From Vitrella brassicaformis CCMP3155 (Eukaryota; Protista; Chromerida): DNA of 64,000 nucleotides. The stretch covers positions 1-64,000 of the forward strand of contig CDMY01000284.1 of assembly GCA_001179505.1 (NCBI GenBank), read 5' to 3'. The translations under genes and the position numbers were made by a program. Numbering within the stretch: the first letter of the stretch is position 1; every line of letters begins with the position of its first letter. A model generated the notes under the pieces. The model searched no databases. It was not told where the DNA came from and worked only from the letters and a program-made list of their open reading frames with translations. Of this stretch, positions 38,401 to 50,181 are shown piece after piece.

Positions 38401-41400
38401 ATGCCATTTGGATTGAGAATCTCAACACCGTGTTGGACGATAACAAGATTCTGACGCTCGCAAACAACGATCGCATACCCATGACCGACAACACACGGTA
38501 AGTTAATTGACTCGCACCGTCATTGCATTTCGTGTCTATCTCATCTGTTTGCAGTATCGTGTTTGAGGTGGAGAATCTGAACAATGCGTCCCCCGCCACG
38601 GTGAGTCGAGCGGGCATCATCTATGTGTCAGCCTCGGACCTGGGATGGAAGCCGCTGATTGAGGGCTGGCTCAACTCACGTACGGAGATATCCTCATCTC
38701 GACAAGTGGAGAAGGAAATACTCAAGGAGCTCTTCGACAAGTGAGACAAGACTTGCATTGACTTTAGAACTTGCAGCCTTCTGGTGGTGTGTGTACAGGT
38801 ATATGATCGAGCCTGACATCTTCGATTTCATCATGCGCAACTGCCGTCCCGTGATGCCCACATCCAATGCAGCCATGACACTGCAGGTCATGAACCTTCT
38901 CACGGGCATCCTGCAGCCGCACGTTGAGGCCAACGAGGTGCTGCAGCGCCCCGCATACGAAAACATCATGACGTACGCCATCGTGTGGGGCTGCGGAGGG
39001 CTCTTCGAGCCTGACGACAGGTGAGTTGCAGCACAACCAGGTGGGCCGGGAGTGCAGTCGCTCTGTGTCTCCCACGCAGGATGAAGCTGGATGGTTTCCT
39101 CCGTGATAAGTCGAAGGTGCCGTATCCGTGCCAGGATGGTCTCACTCTGTTCGAGTACGGCGTGCACGACGCCAGTCATGAATTCCAGGTAACGCCTACC
39201 CATGCCTGTGGATGAACGATCACATGTCTCCCTTCTGCTGTCAGTTGTGGCAAGCCGAGGAGTGGAAGCCGCCTAAGGGTCGCCTGTCGCCGTCATCGAT
39301 CTTGATCCCCACCATGGACTCTGTGAGAGCAGAGTACCTGATCGGGACCATCTCGAGCATGCCACGCATCCGGCTGATCAACGCCAACTTTAAGTCGGTG
39401 CTGATGGTGGGTGGCTCGGGCACGGCCAAGACGTCGACGGCGCTGATGTTCATGTCCAAGTTCAAGCTGGAGGAGATGCTGTCCAAGCAGATCAACTTCT
39501 CCTCGGCCACCTCCCCCAACATGCTGCAGAAGACCATCGAGGCTGAGGTGGAGAGGAAGACCGGCAAGACATTCTGCCCGCCGGGCGGCAAGAAGATGAC
39601 GGTCTTCCTCGACGACATGTCGATGCCCTTCGTCAACGAGTGGGGCGACCAGATCACACTGGAGTTGGGACGGCAGCTCGTCGAGCAGGCAGGTGTCTAC
39701 TTCCTCGACAAGGACAAGAGGTGAGGGAGTCGACCGACCGACTCAAGCTGAACTAGGGAGCAGGTGCTGTTACGGTCTTTCTTTGCAGAGGGGACTTCAA
39801 GTCGGTCATTGACCTGCAGTACATCGGCGCGATGAACCATCCGGGAGGCGGCCGCAACGACATCCCGAATCGCTTCAAGACCAAGTTCTTCTCCTTCAAC
39901 CTCATCCTGCCCTCGATCATGTCTGTGGACAACATCTACGGCAGCATGATCAAGGCACGCTTCAACCCCAAGAGCTGCCCCAACCAAAAGGTACAAGCAC
40001 ACTGATGCGCAGAGCGTGCGCATCCCTACCCAGCAAGCAACCTTCCCCCTGTCAGATCATGGATCTGTCCAAGAAGCTGACCAAGGCGACGATCGAGATC
40101 TGGTGAGACATCACACAAAGACGGCGCAATGGGTTGCTGTCAATACATGAGTGACCACCCTGCATTATTCAGGGAGAAGGTGAAGAACACGTTGCTGCCG
40201 ACCCCGAGTCGGTTCCACTACGTCTTCAACATGCGTGAGCTGTCTCGCGTCTTCACTGGCATCCTCCTTTGCCCCATGGAGGTCCTCACCTCCGAGGAAA
40301 CCATGGTATGACACACCTAGCTCTGCCAAGTCCCCTCGCTGACTCGATGTGTGTGTCGGCTGCCGCCTTCAGGTTGGTCTGTGGAAGCACGAGAATGTAC
40401 GAGTGTTTGCTGATAAGCTGGCTCGTGCCATCGACAAGGACTGGATGGAAAAGACGCTCCACGACGTGTGCGTCACACACTTTGGCGAGAAGCTGGCAGC
40501 TGCAAACAAGGAGACACCATGGTACGCATACACGCAACACGGGAGCAAAGGACTTGTGCATTTTGTGGTCACGTCCACATTGCAGGTTCTGTGACTTCCT
40601 GAGAGACGCCACTGAGGATGAAAATGGTGAAGAGATCGCCGCTCCGAGGGTGAGTACAGTGCCAGAGAGGAGAAAGTGGGAGGACAGCACTGGCCGTGTG
40701 TGTGTACTCCTTGGCCTTTGCCTGAGCAGATCTACGAGCCCGCCACCCTCCAGTCCGCCCGCAAGAAGGCGTACGAGTATCTGAACAAGTACAACGAGGA
40801 GAACCCCGCCAAGAGCATGAACCTTGTGCTCTTCGACGACGCCCTCAAGCACATGATGAGGATCTCACGGATCATCCAGCTGCCCCGCGGCTCGGCCATG
40901 CTTGTGGGTGTCGGCGGCTCTGGCAAGCAATCCCTCACTCGCCTTGCCGGCTACATCGCCCGCCACAAGCGATTCCAGATCACCATCACCAAGACATACG
41001 GCGAGCAAGCCTTCTTCGACAATCTCAGGTACACGCACCAGCAGACACCCATGTTTGTGTGTCCTGTGACGCTGGCTGGCTCCCTTGCTGCAGGGGTCTG
41101 TACGTGGATGCGGGTCAGAAGAACATTCCCACCACCTTCATCTTCACGGACCAGGAGGTCAAGCAGGAGAGCTTCCTCGAGTACCTCAACTCGGTCCTCT
41201 CCACCGGCGAGCTGGCGGGGCTCTTCCAAAAGGACGAGCGGGACGGCATGTGCGCTGAGGTCCGCAACGACTTCGTCAAGGAGCGACCATGGCTGGAGGA
41301 GAACATGATCAACATGTACCAATACTTCCTTGATAGACTCAGGTGACATCACATCCAGGGCATGTCCAAGTGCAACTACACATTTCTCTTGTCCCTCCCT

Positions 41401-44400
41401 TCCTCCCCTTCGATGTATCCAGAGACAATCTCCATGTGGTCTTGTGCTTCTCGCCTGTGGGCTCCAAGTTTGCCGTTCGTGCGCAGAAGTTCCCCGCCCT
41501 CTTCAGCTGCGTGACCATCGACTGGTTCCTGCCCTGGCCGGAGGAGGCCCTCATCGCCGTGGCGTCGGCCTTTCTGTCCGAGTACAAGGTTGACACGAGC
41601 CCCGAGAACAAGGAGAAGCTCTACCGGCTGATGGGCACGGTGCACGCACAAGTGGGCACGGTGTGCGACCTCTACTTCGCGCGTATGCGTCGCCACGTGT
41701 ACGTGACGCCCAAGACCTACCTGGGTTTCATCAACTTCTACAAGAAGGTGTATGAGGAGAAGTTTGATGAGATCAACAAGCTGGAGCGGGCGGTCAACGT
41801 GGGGCTGCAGAAGCTCAACGAGGCGGCAGCGGATGTTGAGAAGATGAAGGTGGCGCTGCGCGAGGAGGAGAAGAAGCTCAAGGAGTCGGAGGAGCAGACC
41901 AACAAGCTGCTGGTCAAGGTGCAGAGCGAGACGGCCAAAGCCGAGAAGAAGAGCGCCGAGGTGGGAGTCCAGGTGGAGTCTTGTATGGGCATGAAGAACC
42001 AGATTGAGAAGGAGCAAGATGCCGCCAACAGGGACCTCCAGGCCGCCCTGCCCTACCTCCATGAGGCCGAGGGGGCTGTCAAGTCCATCACAGCCAAGGA
42101 CATTACTGAGCTCAAGACCATGAAGACGCCGTCAGACATCATCAGACTCGTCTTCGATGGTGTGCTCATCCTGCTCCAAAACAAGGTCAGGCCAAAGAGC
42201 TGCTCGACAGAGAGACGTCTTTCCCATGTGTGCTGCATCCCACACACCCTTTCAGGTGATGGACGTGAAGGCCGAGTCCAAGGTGATCAACAAGCAGCAA
42301 GTTGACTTCATCCACGACTCCTTCGACGAGTACTCCAAGAGCATGATGAGCGACATCAAATTCCTGCCTAACCTCTTCGACTTTTCTCAAGTAAGATGGC
42401 CGCCAACACACTCACCAACACATTCGTACCCTTTTGTCTCACTCACATGTTGTAGAACGAGAAGGACAACATCAACGATGAGACATGCGAGCTGCTGGAG
42501 CCCTATCTGTCGCTCGAGAACTTCAACCCGGCCATCGCGAAGAAGGCATCCAACGCAGCGGAGGGTCTGTGCAAGTGGGTGGGTGCGATGAAGATGTACC
42601 ACGAGGCCGCCAAGATCGTCAAGCCCAAGATGGACTTCCTCAAGGTCCAGACGGGACGCCTTGAAGTGGCGATGCGGGAACTGAATGAGGCGCAGAGCGA
42701 GCTGGCCAAGGCGCAGGCCGTGGTCGAGGACCTCAACAAGCAATTCGAGGAAGCTATGGCATCCAAGAACGCCCTGGAACAGAAGGCTCTCGCCACCAAA
42801 AGGAAGATGGACCAGGCCAACAAACTCATCAACGGGCTCGCCGGCGAGAAGGCAAGATGGTAGGGTCAGCCACTCATCACGTGTCTGTGCTGCACTGCCC
42901 TCGCTTCCTGTATGTCAGGACTGAGGATTCCAAGAACTTTGCTGAGCGCCGCAAGCGGCTGGTGGGCGACGTGTGCATGGCTGCCGCCTTTATCTCCTAT
43001 GTTGGCCCCTTCAACTCAGAATACAGAGACAAACTCTACTCCGAGTACACAAACAGCTCGGCAACACGTAGCCTCACAACATGGTCTGTGTGTGTGTGTG
43101 TGTCTGTGTGTGTGTGTTTGGCAGGTATTTCCTGGCCACGTGCCACACAGTGCAGCTGCCTGCCTCGGAGAAGATTGTCATGACGGAGTGGCTCGTGGAT
43201 CAGGTCGGCAATGCACAAATCCCATGTGCACCTCCAGCTCTCACTGGGTGAGGTGAGCGTTGCAGGCGACGATTGGTGAGTGGAATCTGGAGGGTCTGCC
43301 ATCGGATGAGCTGTCCATCCAGAACGGTATCATGGTCACCACCTCGGCCCGTTTCCCACTCATGGTCGACCCGCAGGGTCAGGCCGTCCACTGGATCAAG
43401 AAGCGGGAGGAGGCACGCATGGAGGGCATGTCTCAGTGCATCACCACCATCACAAACCCGCGGCTGAAGGACCAGCTGGAGTTTGTGATGGGTGAGGGTA
43501 AGCCGATGTTGATCGAGGGCATTGAGAACGACGTGGACCCCATGCTCGATCCCGTGCTGGAGAAGCAGATCATCAAGAAGGGCAAGAACCTCTACGTCAC
43601 TGTCTCCGACCAGCAGATGGACTACAACTCCAAGTTCATGCTCTACATGACCTCGCGGCTCGCCAACCCTCACTTCTCACCCGAGCTCTCCGCCAAGTGC
43701 GCCGTCATCGACTTCACTGTCACCCTCAAGGGTACGAACAGGGGCACACTGACCGAAGGCCCCCCTCAATCGCGGGCGTGTCCTTTTGTTGCCATCAGGT
43801 CTTGAGCAGCAGCTGCTGGGTCGCGTGCTGTCGACAGAGCAGCGGTCGCTGGAGGAATCGCTCAACCAGCTCATCGAGGAGGTCACACAGAACACCAAGT
43901 CCCTCCAGGTCTGTGCCTGGATACAACACACAACAGATGCATACGTGCGCACAGGAAGGGCACCGAAAGAATTGGTCTCCGCCGTGTGCAGATCCTGGAC
44001 GCCCAGCTTTTGGATCGTCTGTCGAACTCTGAGGGGAACCTTCTCGATGATGTGGAGCTCATCGAAGTGCTCGCCAACACCAAGGCAAGCTGCCTCCCGG
44101 AATCCACTTCCTCGTCTCAGATGGTGAATGGTGTTGATGTCTCTTTCATGTCATCAGGCTAAGGCCAAGGAGGTAGAGCAGAAGCTGAAAGACGCCGAGG
44201 AGAAGAAGATAGAGATCAACGAGAAGCGAGAACAGTACCGCCCTGTCGCCACTCGCGGCTCCCTGCTCTACTTCTGCATGGTGGAGGTGGCACTGGTGCA
44301 GTGGATGTACAATTCATCACTCAACCAAGTCAGCAAACAGACATCGCCACAATGCTCGAAGGCTCATATGTGCACTTGTCTCTTCATCTTGGTTATCAGT

Positions 44401-47400
44401 TCCTGCAACAGTTTGACATCTCCATCAATCGCTCTGAGAAGGTGCAGCCCACCAACAAGCGCGTGGAGAAGATTGTTGAGTACCTCACCTACCAGGTGGA
44501 TACATACATGGCCACACACATGACACCCGGTGGCGAGCCTCATCACATTTGTCCCCTGTGCATGCAGGTATATCGTTATGTGAACCGCGGTCTGTTTGAG
44601 CGCCACAAGAGGACGTTTGTCCTCATGGTGGCCCTCAAGATCATGCTGGTCGCATCCACACTCACATCTGCCGACGTCGACATCCTTCTCAAGGGCGGAG
44701 GCGCCCTTGACGAGAAGGCCGAGCGTCCGTGCCCGTTCAAATGGCTTGGCCAGGACGCCAAGGTGTGGCTCAACATCCTCCAGCTGTCCCGTCACGCCTT
44801 CGGCCAGGAGCAGCTGCTCTTCTTCAGAGAGCTCCCCGACTTCATCGGCCGCAACGAACAGGCGTGGAAGAAGTGGTTCGAGGAGAACGAGCCCGAGAGC
44901 TGCCCCGTGCCAGACTACGAGGAGAGACTCGCCATGGAGAAGAACGTCGGCCACTTCGCCAGACTGTGTCTCGTCCGCGCCTTCCGCGAGGACCGCACAG
45001 TGGTGGCTGCCAGCATGTTCATCGACGCTCAGATGGACCCTAAGTACACAGCGCCTGTGACCGACAGCATCGAGTCCATCTGGCAAGAGTCGACCAACCG
45101 CGTACCCATCCTGTACCTGCTCTCGCCCGGCGCCGACCCCACCAACACCATCGACGAGTTCGCCAAGAAGAAGAAGAAATTCCCCACAGACAAAGTCTCC
45201 ATGGGCGAGGGGCAGGAGATCATCGCACGGGAAAAGATGAAGAATGGCTTCATCAACGGCGCATGGGTGGTACTGCAAAACTGCCACTTGGGGCTGGGCT
45301 TCATGGCCGAGATCGAGAGCTTCCTCGGCAAGGTGGCCGATGTCGACGAGGTCAGAGCAAACACGATAACCACTTGATCGATCATGAGGCGCCTATCTAC
45401 ATAGGAAATGGCTGGTTCTGCCTGTCGTTCAGGACTTCCGGCTGTGGGTGACTTGCGAGCCGTCCCCTCGCTTCCCCATTGGTTTGCTCCAGATGGCGAT
45501 CAAGGTCACCAACGAACCACCGCTGGGCCTCAAGGCAGGGCTGCACCGCACCTACAGCACGATGATCCTGCAGGAGACGCTCGACAAAGTGGACCACGAG
45601 AGGTGGCGTCTCACGACATTCAGCCTGGCCTTCCTGCACAGCGTGGTGCAAGAGAGGAGGAAGTTCGGGCCACTTGGTTGGTGCATTCCATACGAGTACA
45701 ACTACTCCGACCTCGAGGCCTCGCTGCTCTTCCTCGAGAAACATCTCTCAACCACTGTGCTGGTGAGATAAGAGACATGACCTGCTCATGCGAGATGGGA
45801 GAGGTAGGCCGTGTGTGTGTGTGTGTGTGTGACTGGTCGATCAATCAGGTCGGTCAGCCGTTGTCGTGGAACACGATATGCTACATGATAGCTGAGGTGC
45901 AGTACGGCGGCAGGATTACTGACGATCTGGACAGAGAGCTCTTCATCACATACGCGACCAAGTACTTCAACGACGAGATATTCAGGCCAACTTTCACATT
46001 CAACACGCCCACTGGACAGGCCAACGAGTTCATGTAAGATCCATCCAACCAACCAAAGCCCCCTCTCTGCTCTGCTCACCGCCCATCTCATTTCTCTCTG
46101 TGCGTTCGTTCATGCAGGTACAAGGTCCCTGAAGGTTTGGAGATCCATCAGTACCGTGACTACATCGAGACGGTGCCTGCCGTCGACAGCCCCACAGTGT
46201 TTGGCCTCCACGTCAACGCCGACCTCACCTACAGAATCAAGGAGTCACAGGCAATGCTCCTCACCATCCAGGAGACACAGCCCAAAGACGCAGGGGCGGG
46301 CGGTGGCAAGACAAGGGAGGAACAGGTCAAGGAGCGCTGTTCCGATTTGCTCGGCAAGATGCCCGACGACTATGTCGAAGAGATCTTCCGCGAGCAAATC
46401 AAGAAGCTCAAGGGGCCGCCAGGGTTGGCCGAGAAGGGATTCCAGGCGCCGCTCAACATCTTTCTATTCCAAGAGATCCAGCGGATGCAGCGGATCATCG
46501 CCATCGTCCGCAAGAACTGCAAGGACATCATCGACGCCATCGATGGGCTCATCATCATGACACCCGACCTTCAGGTGAGCGAGACACGATATTGTGCACG
46601 AGCATCATGTCTCCTTTCCTCTGTGTGTTTCATGCGTCCACACCAGGACGACATGAACTCCCTGTTCGACACAATGGTGCCCCGGAAGTGGCTGTATGAC
46701 CCCAGCGGTGCGGAGATCTCCTGGCTGTCGCCCAACCTGGGCAAGTGGTTCACGGGCCTGCAGCAGCGTGTGGAGCAGCTGACCACCTGGCTCAACCAGG
46801 GACGGCAGAAGTCCTACTGGCTGACGGGCTTCTTCAACCCACAGGGATTCCTCACTGCCATGAGACAGGAGGTCACTCGCAACAGCCATCATTCAAGAAG
46901 GCTGAGCAGGGAGATAGATAGACCTCACGACATAGCCTATCTGTCTGCGTGGGCGTTGATGTGTGTGTCAGGTGACGCGGCAGCACAAGAAGGACCAGTG
47001 GGCCCTCGACGACGTCGTCTTCCACACTGAGGTATGTACGCTACGCACGATGACACACAAAGCAAGCCCCCCGGTGTACAAGTACAAGTGTGTGTGCTTT
47101 TTTTGTGTGTAGGTTCGTACCTATGACGTGGAGAAGGTGAAGGACGGTCCCGAGGAGGGCGTCAACATCCACGGCCTCTTCATCGAGGGATGCAGATGGC
47201 ACTGGCAGGAGGGAAGACTAGACGAATCGCTTCCCAGAGTACTCACGGACAAAATGCCGGTACGTCAAACGAAAGGCGACACGAAATGTCTCCCAACAGT
47301 GTGGGCCAACACATCGCGACTCTGTCTGCTTGTTATGCTGCCTTTGTCTGTGCAGGTGCTGTATGTGACGGCGGTGACGACCAAGGAGAAGAAGAGCCGT

Positions 47401-47559
47401 GGGATGGACTTTGGTCAGTACGGCCCCTACGACTGCCCCGTGTACAAGTACCCCAAGAGGACGGACAAGTACCTCATCTTCAGAGTCAACCTCAAGACCG
47501 AGCAGCACCCTTCACACTGGAAACTCAGGGGCGCCGCACTGCTCTGCTCTGTAGACTAA
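29478..47559 (+). CDS. DNAH5: Axonemal outer-arm dynein heavy chain, gamma type (Chlamydomonas ODA2 / DNAH5-DNAH8 class), about 59 introns
   Basis: N-terminus [18 protein letters not shown] resembles the algal gamma HC start. P-loops [27 protein letters not shown] and GVGGSGKQS are present, along with [16 protein letters not shown], the stalk/MTBD region and C-terminal [12 protein letters not shown]...[11 protein letters not shown]. The orthology class is assigned from remembered motifs, not a tree. Confidence 0.93.
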
Positions 47560-48188
47560 GGGGGGCTGCTCTTCTTGCATGCACGATGCCATCCTTTGCT
47601 ATCCCTCATATGGCATTCATTGAGTATTCATTGCTCACGGGGCGGCGGTAGTCGGTTTCTGCACTCCTCCTTGCTGCTGGGGCTTTCGCTTTCCTTCTGG
47701 TTTTCCTGATCTATTTGGGGTTCATTCAGTGCTGTGCTGCAGTAGTGAGACGTCCAATTTATTGGCAGGACGCCGTGTGAGTGTGCATGTGCCTTTGCAT
47801 GTATGTTGGGCCACGCCCATGTTCCCTTTGACATTTGTCGTTCTTCGTGGTGCATGTTGCATGTACGTTGGGCAGCATCGGGTAGCAGCCATCACACTTT
47901 GGGGAGGCGTCACGTTACACTGGGCCCTTCATTTATCGCACACTTCATTGTTCCGTGTCTCTCTGTCCATGTGAAGTGACAGCAACAATACGCACCATCA
48001 ATGCTTGAGGCTTCCAAGTCGCTGCCGGGAAAATCTGAGAAATACCACTGCGTTCACAGAAAAAGCCAGAAAGCTCTGCTCTGATCATCCAGCTCCCTCC
48101 CCCCCTCCCTCTGTACAGTGTACACTGATAGTCAAAAACAAGGCTCTCTGTCAGTCTGTTTCATCCCTCACACCCTGTCACAGCTCCA

Positions 48189-49775
48189 TTAAAAGGAGAA
48201 GAGGTCCAGCCAGCTCCCCTGCTTCCCGCCCACCGGCTGCCTGTCCACACTGTTCGCGCCCCAGTCATAGTCAGAGTACTCGATCCTGATGGGCCGACTC
48301 TCCCGGTTGTCAAGTATGTCCTGGATGGCCTTGCGAGTCTCCCCCTGGTCCTCTCCCAGCTGGTCTGCTACCCATGTAAGCAGCGCGGCCGGCTGCTCTG
48401 ATTTGTCCACTGGTCCAGTGAAGTCCTGCGGGTACCACTTGAAGATGGATGAGAGCCGCACTGTGCCCTTCGTGACATGGCAGTTGTCAGAGGCGCTGAG
48501 GAAGGCCCCTGTGGCGCTGCGGAGCTCCTTTTCCAGGTTGTCGGCAGAGAAGACCGACACGGGTGGGCAGCCCCGGGAGCCACAGTTGAGGGCGAAGTGT
48601 ATGCGAGGATCAAGGGGGATCTGGAGGGCAGTGCGCGGATCGCCTTTGGGGAAAGGGGCCGCACCGTTACGAAGGATGCCATTCTCTGAGCACACCCATA
48701 AACCACAGAACCAGAAGATGCACAGTTGCGCACCCCAGTCGTGTTTGCATGGTTGCTCACCGATGTCGTCGTTGGATAGATCGACCCCCCCGATGCGATA
48801 GGAGACCTTGCCTGTCTTGAAGAACTGATACTTCTGCCACAGTGAGGTCCCAGGCGAGCCGAACACCAGCACACCGTGGAAAGTCAGGCAGTTGTAGAGA
48901 TTGATGAAGAACGCCCTCTTTTCCACATCCGTCAGCTTCTCCAGCCCTTCTACTGACTGCAGCTCCACTGCAAGCGCCAGGTATTTAAACCACTCGTCGA
49001 TGCTCTCAAGCTTGCTGTAGTCGACCGATCCGCCGTCCACCGTCTTCTCCTCGATCAGCGAGTAGACTCGGCGAAGGGCACTGCTCATCTTCAATGCGTC
49101 GCGCGGCTCGCCTGACGGCTCGGCGAAGAGGTTGAGCGGCCGCGTGACGGCGATCTCCTTCATCCCTTTGAGCTTGTGCGCAAGGTCGTCAAGCTTCTTG
49201 TCCCATCCCGGGATGTTGCCGATCTTCTCGGACGGTGTAGGGTGGATAAGGACCCGAGCACTCTCGGGCAGCCGCTCAGCCTCCCTCACCCGCCCTTCAA
49301 GCTGGTCCTTCTTTTCCGCCAATGCTGAGAGATCGTCATAGCCCCCCACATAGCCACCATTGATGAAGATCTGAGGGACCGTCCGGATGTCATTCTGGCC
49401 CGCACGCTCCCTCGCCTCGTCGAATCTGTCTGGCTCAGCTTCCACATCCACCAGAAGATACTCGATGCCCCGCGACTCAAGGAGCTCCTTTGCACGGCGG
49501 CAGAACTGGCAGCCAGCTCGGCTGTAGACCACAACGACAGGTGCACTCGCAACTGGCACCGCAGCTGCTGCTGACGAGCTTGCGAGGCGAATGCAACTTC
49601 TCCTTCTTAATGCAACGAGGGGCGGGGATGGGTTGATGAAGAGCGGGAGGCCAGGCGGGAGGGGACGCGAGGAGATGGCCCGCAGAGAAGACACCGCCTC
49701 CCGGACAAGCACTGCGACGTTGAGGACAGCCAGGAAACTCCTCCGCAGGTAGGGGTAAGCACTCCGCACCATCAA
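48189..49775 (-). CDS. Glutaredoxin-DUF547 fusion protein with an N-terminal targeting extension
   Basis: VVVYSRAGCQFCRRAK...TVPQIFINGGYVGGYDDL (glutaredoxin), followed by AFFINLYN, DPRIHFALNCGSRGCP, LSSIFKWY..DF and YDWGAN (DUF547). One in-frame 75-nt intron at 48686-48760. Confidence 0.88.
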   Translation of the reverse strand: MMVRSAYPYLRRSFLAVLNVAVLVREAVSSLRAISSRPLPPGLPLFINPSPPLVALRRRSCIRLASSSAAAAVPVASAPVVVVYSRAGCQFCRRAKELLESRGIEYLLVDVEAEPDRFDEARERAGQNDIRTVPQIFINGGYVGGYDDLSALAEKKDQLEGRVREAERLPESARVLIHPTPSEKIGNIPGWDKKLDDLAHKLKGMKEIAVTRPLNLFAEPSGEPRDALKMSSALRRVYSLIEEKTVDGGSVDYSKLESIDEWFKYLALAVELQSVEGLEKLTDVEKRAFFINLYNCLTFHGVLVFGSPGTSLWQKYQFFKTGKVSYRIGGVDLSNDDIGEQPCKHDWGAQLCIFWFCGLWVCSENGILRNGAAPFPKGDPRTALQIPLDPRIHFALNCGSRGCPPVSVFSADNLEKELRSATGAFLSASDNCHVTKGTVRLSSIFKWYPQDFTGPVDKSEQPAALLTWVADQLGEDQGETRKAIQDILDNRESRPIRIEYSDYDWGANSVDRQPVGGKQGSWLDLFSF

Positions 49776-50181
49776 TCGATGAATGACAAGGCTACAAGAG
49801 GATGGTTAGAGACAGTCTTGGGGCAACACAAAAGCTCGCAAGCTCGCAGTGCCCTCCCGAGTTTTTCGAACTTTTTTCGCCGTTGCAGGATCTGCGTGTT
49901 GAATAGACACGAAGTGCATTGCAGAGTCTCCATCCAAGGTCCGTGCCACCATGCATCGGGCCCCTGCCGCTACATGTACCCGCATATTGGTGCTTCTCTC
50001 TGTCCACAGGCGCCGTGTGTGGAGCTGTGGAACGCTCTGCCGACACCTTTCGACCACTGCTGCCTCAATTCTACCACATCAGCTCTCGCAAGGCTTCACG
50101 CGTCGGCCCCCAGCATTTTTTGCTCATTCGGCTGGTGCAGCTGCGTGTTGGTGTTGCCGTTGAGAAGCAAGCTGAGGAGCG

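Noticed and set aside
34014-45287. Long antisense ORFs over the dynein (34014-35045, 36437-37381, 41376-42062, 44364-45287 and others)
   Set aside because: Shadow ORFs caused by GC-rich third-position codon bias of the sense gene; the translations are Leu/Val/His-rich with no motifs.
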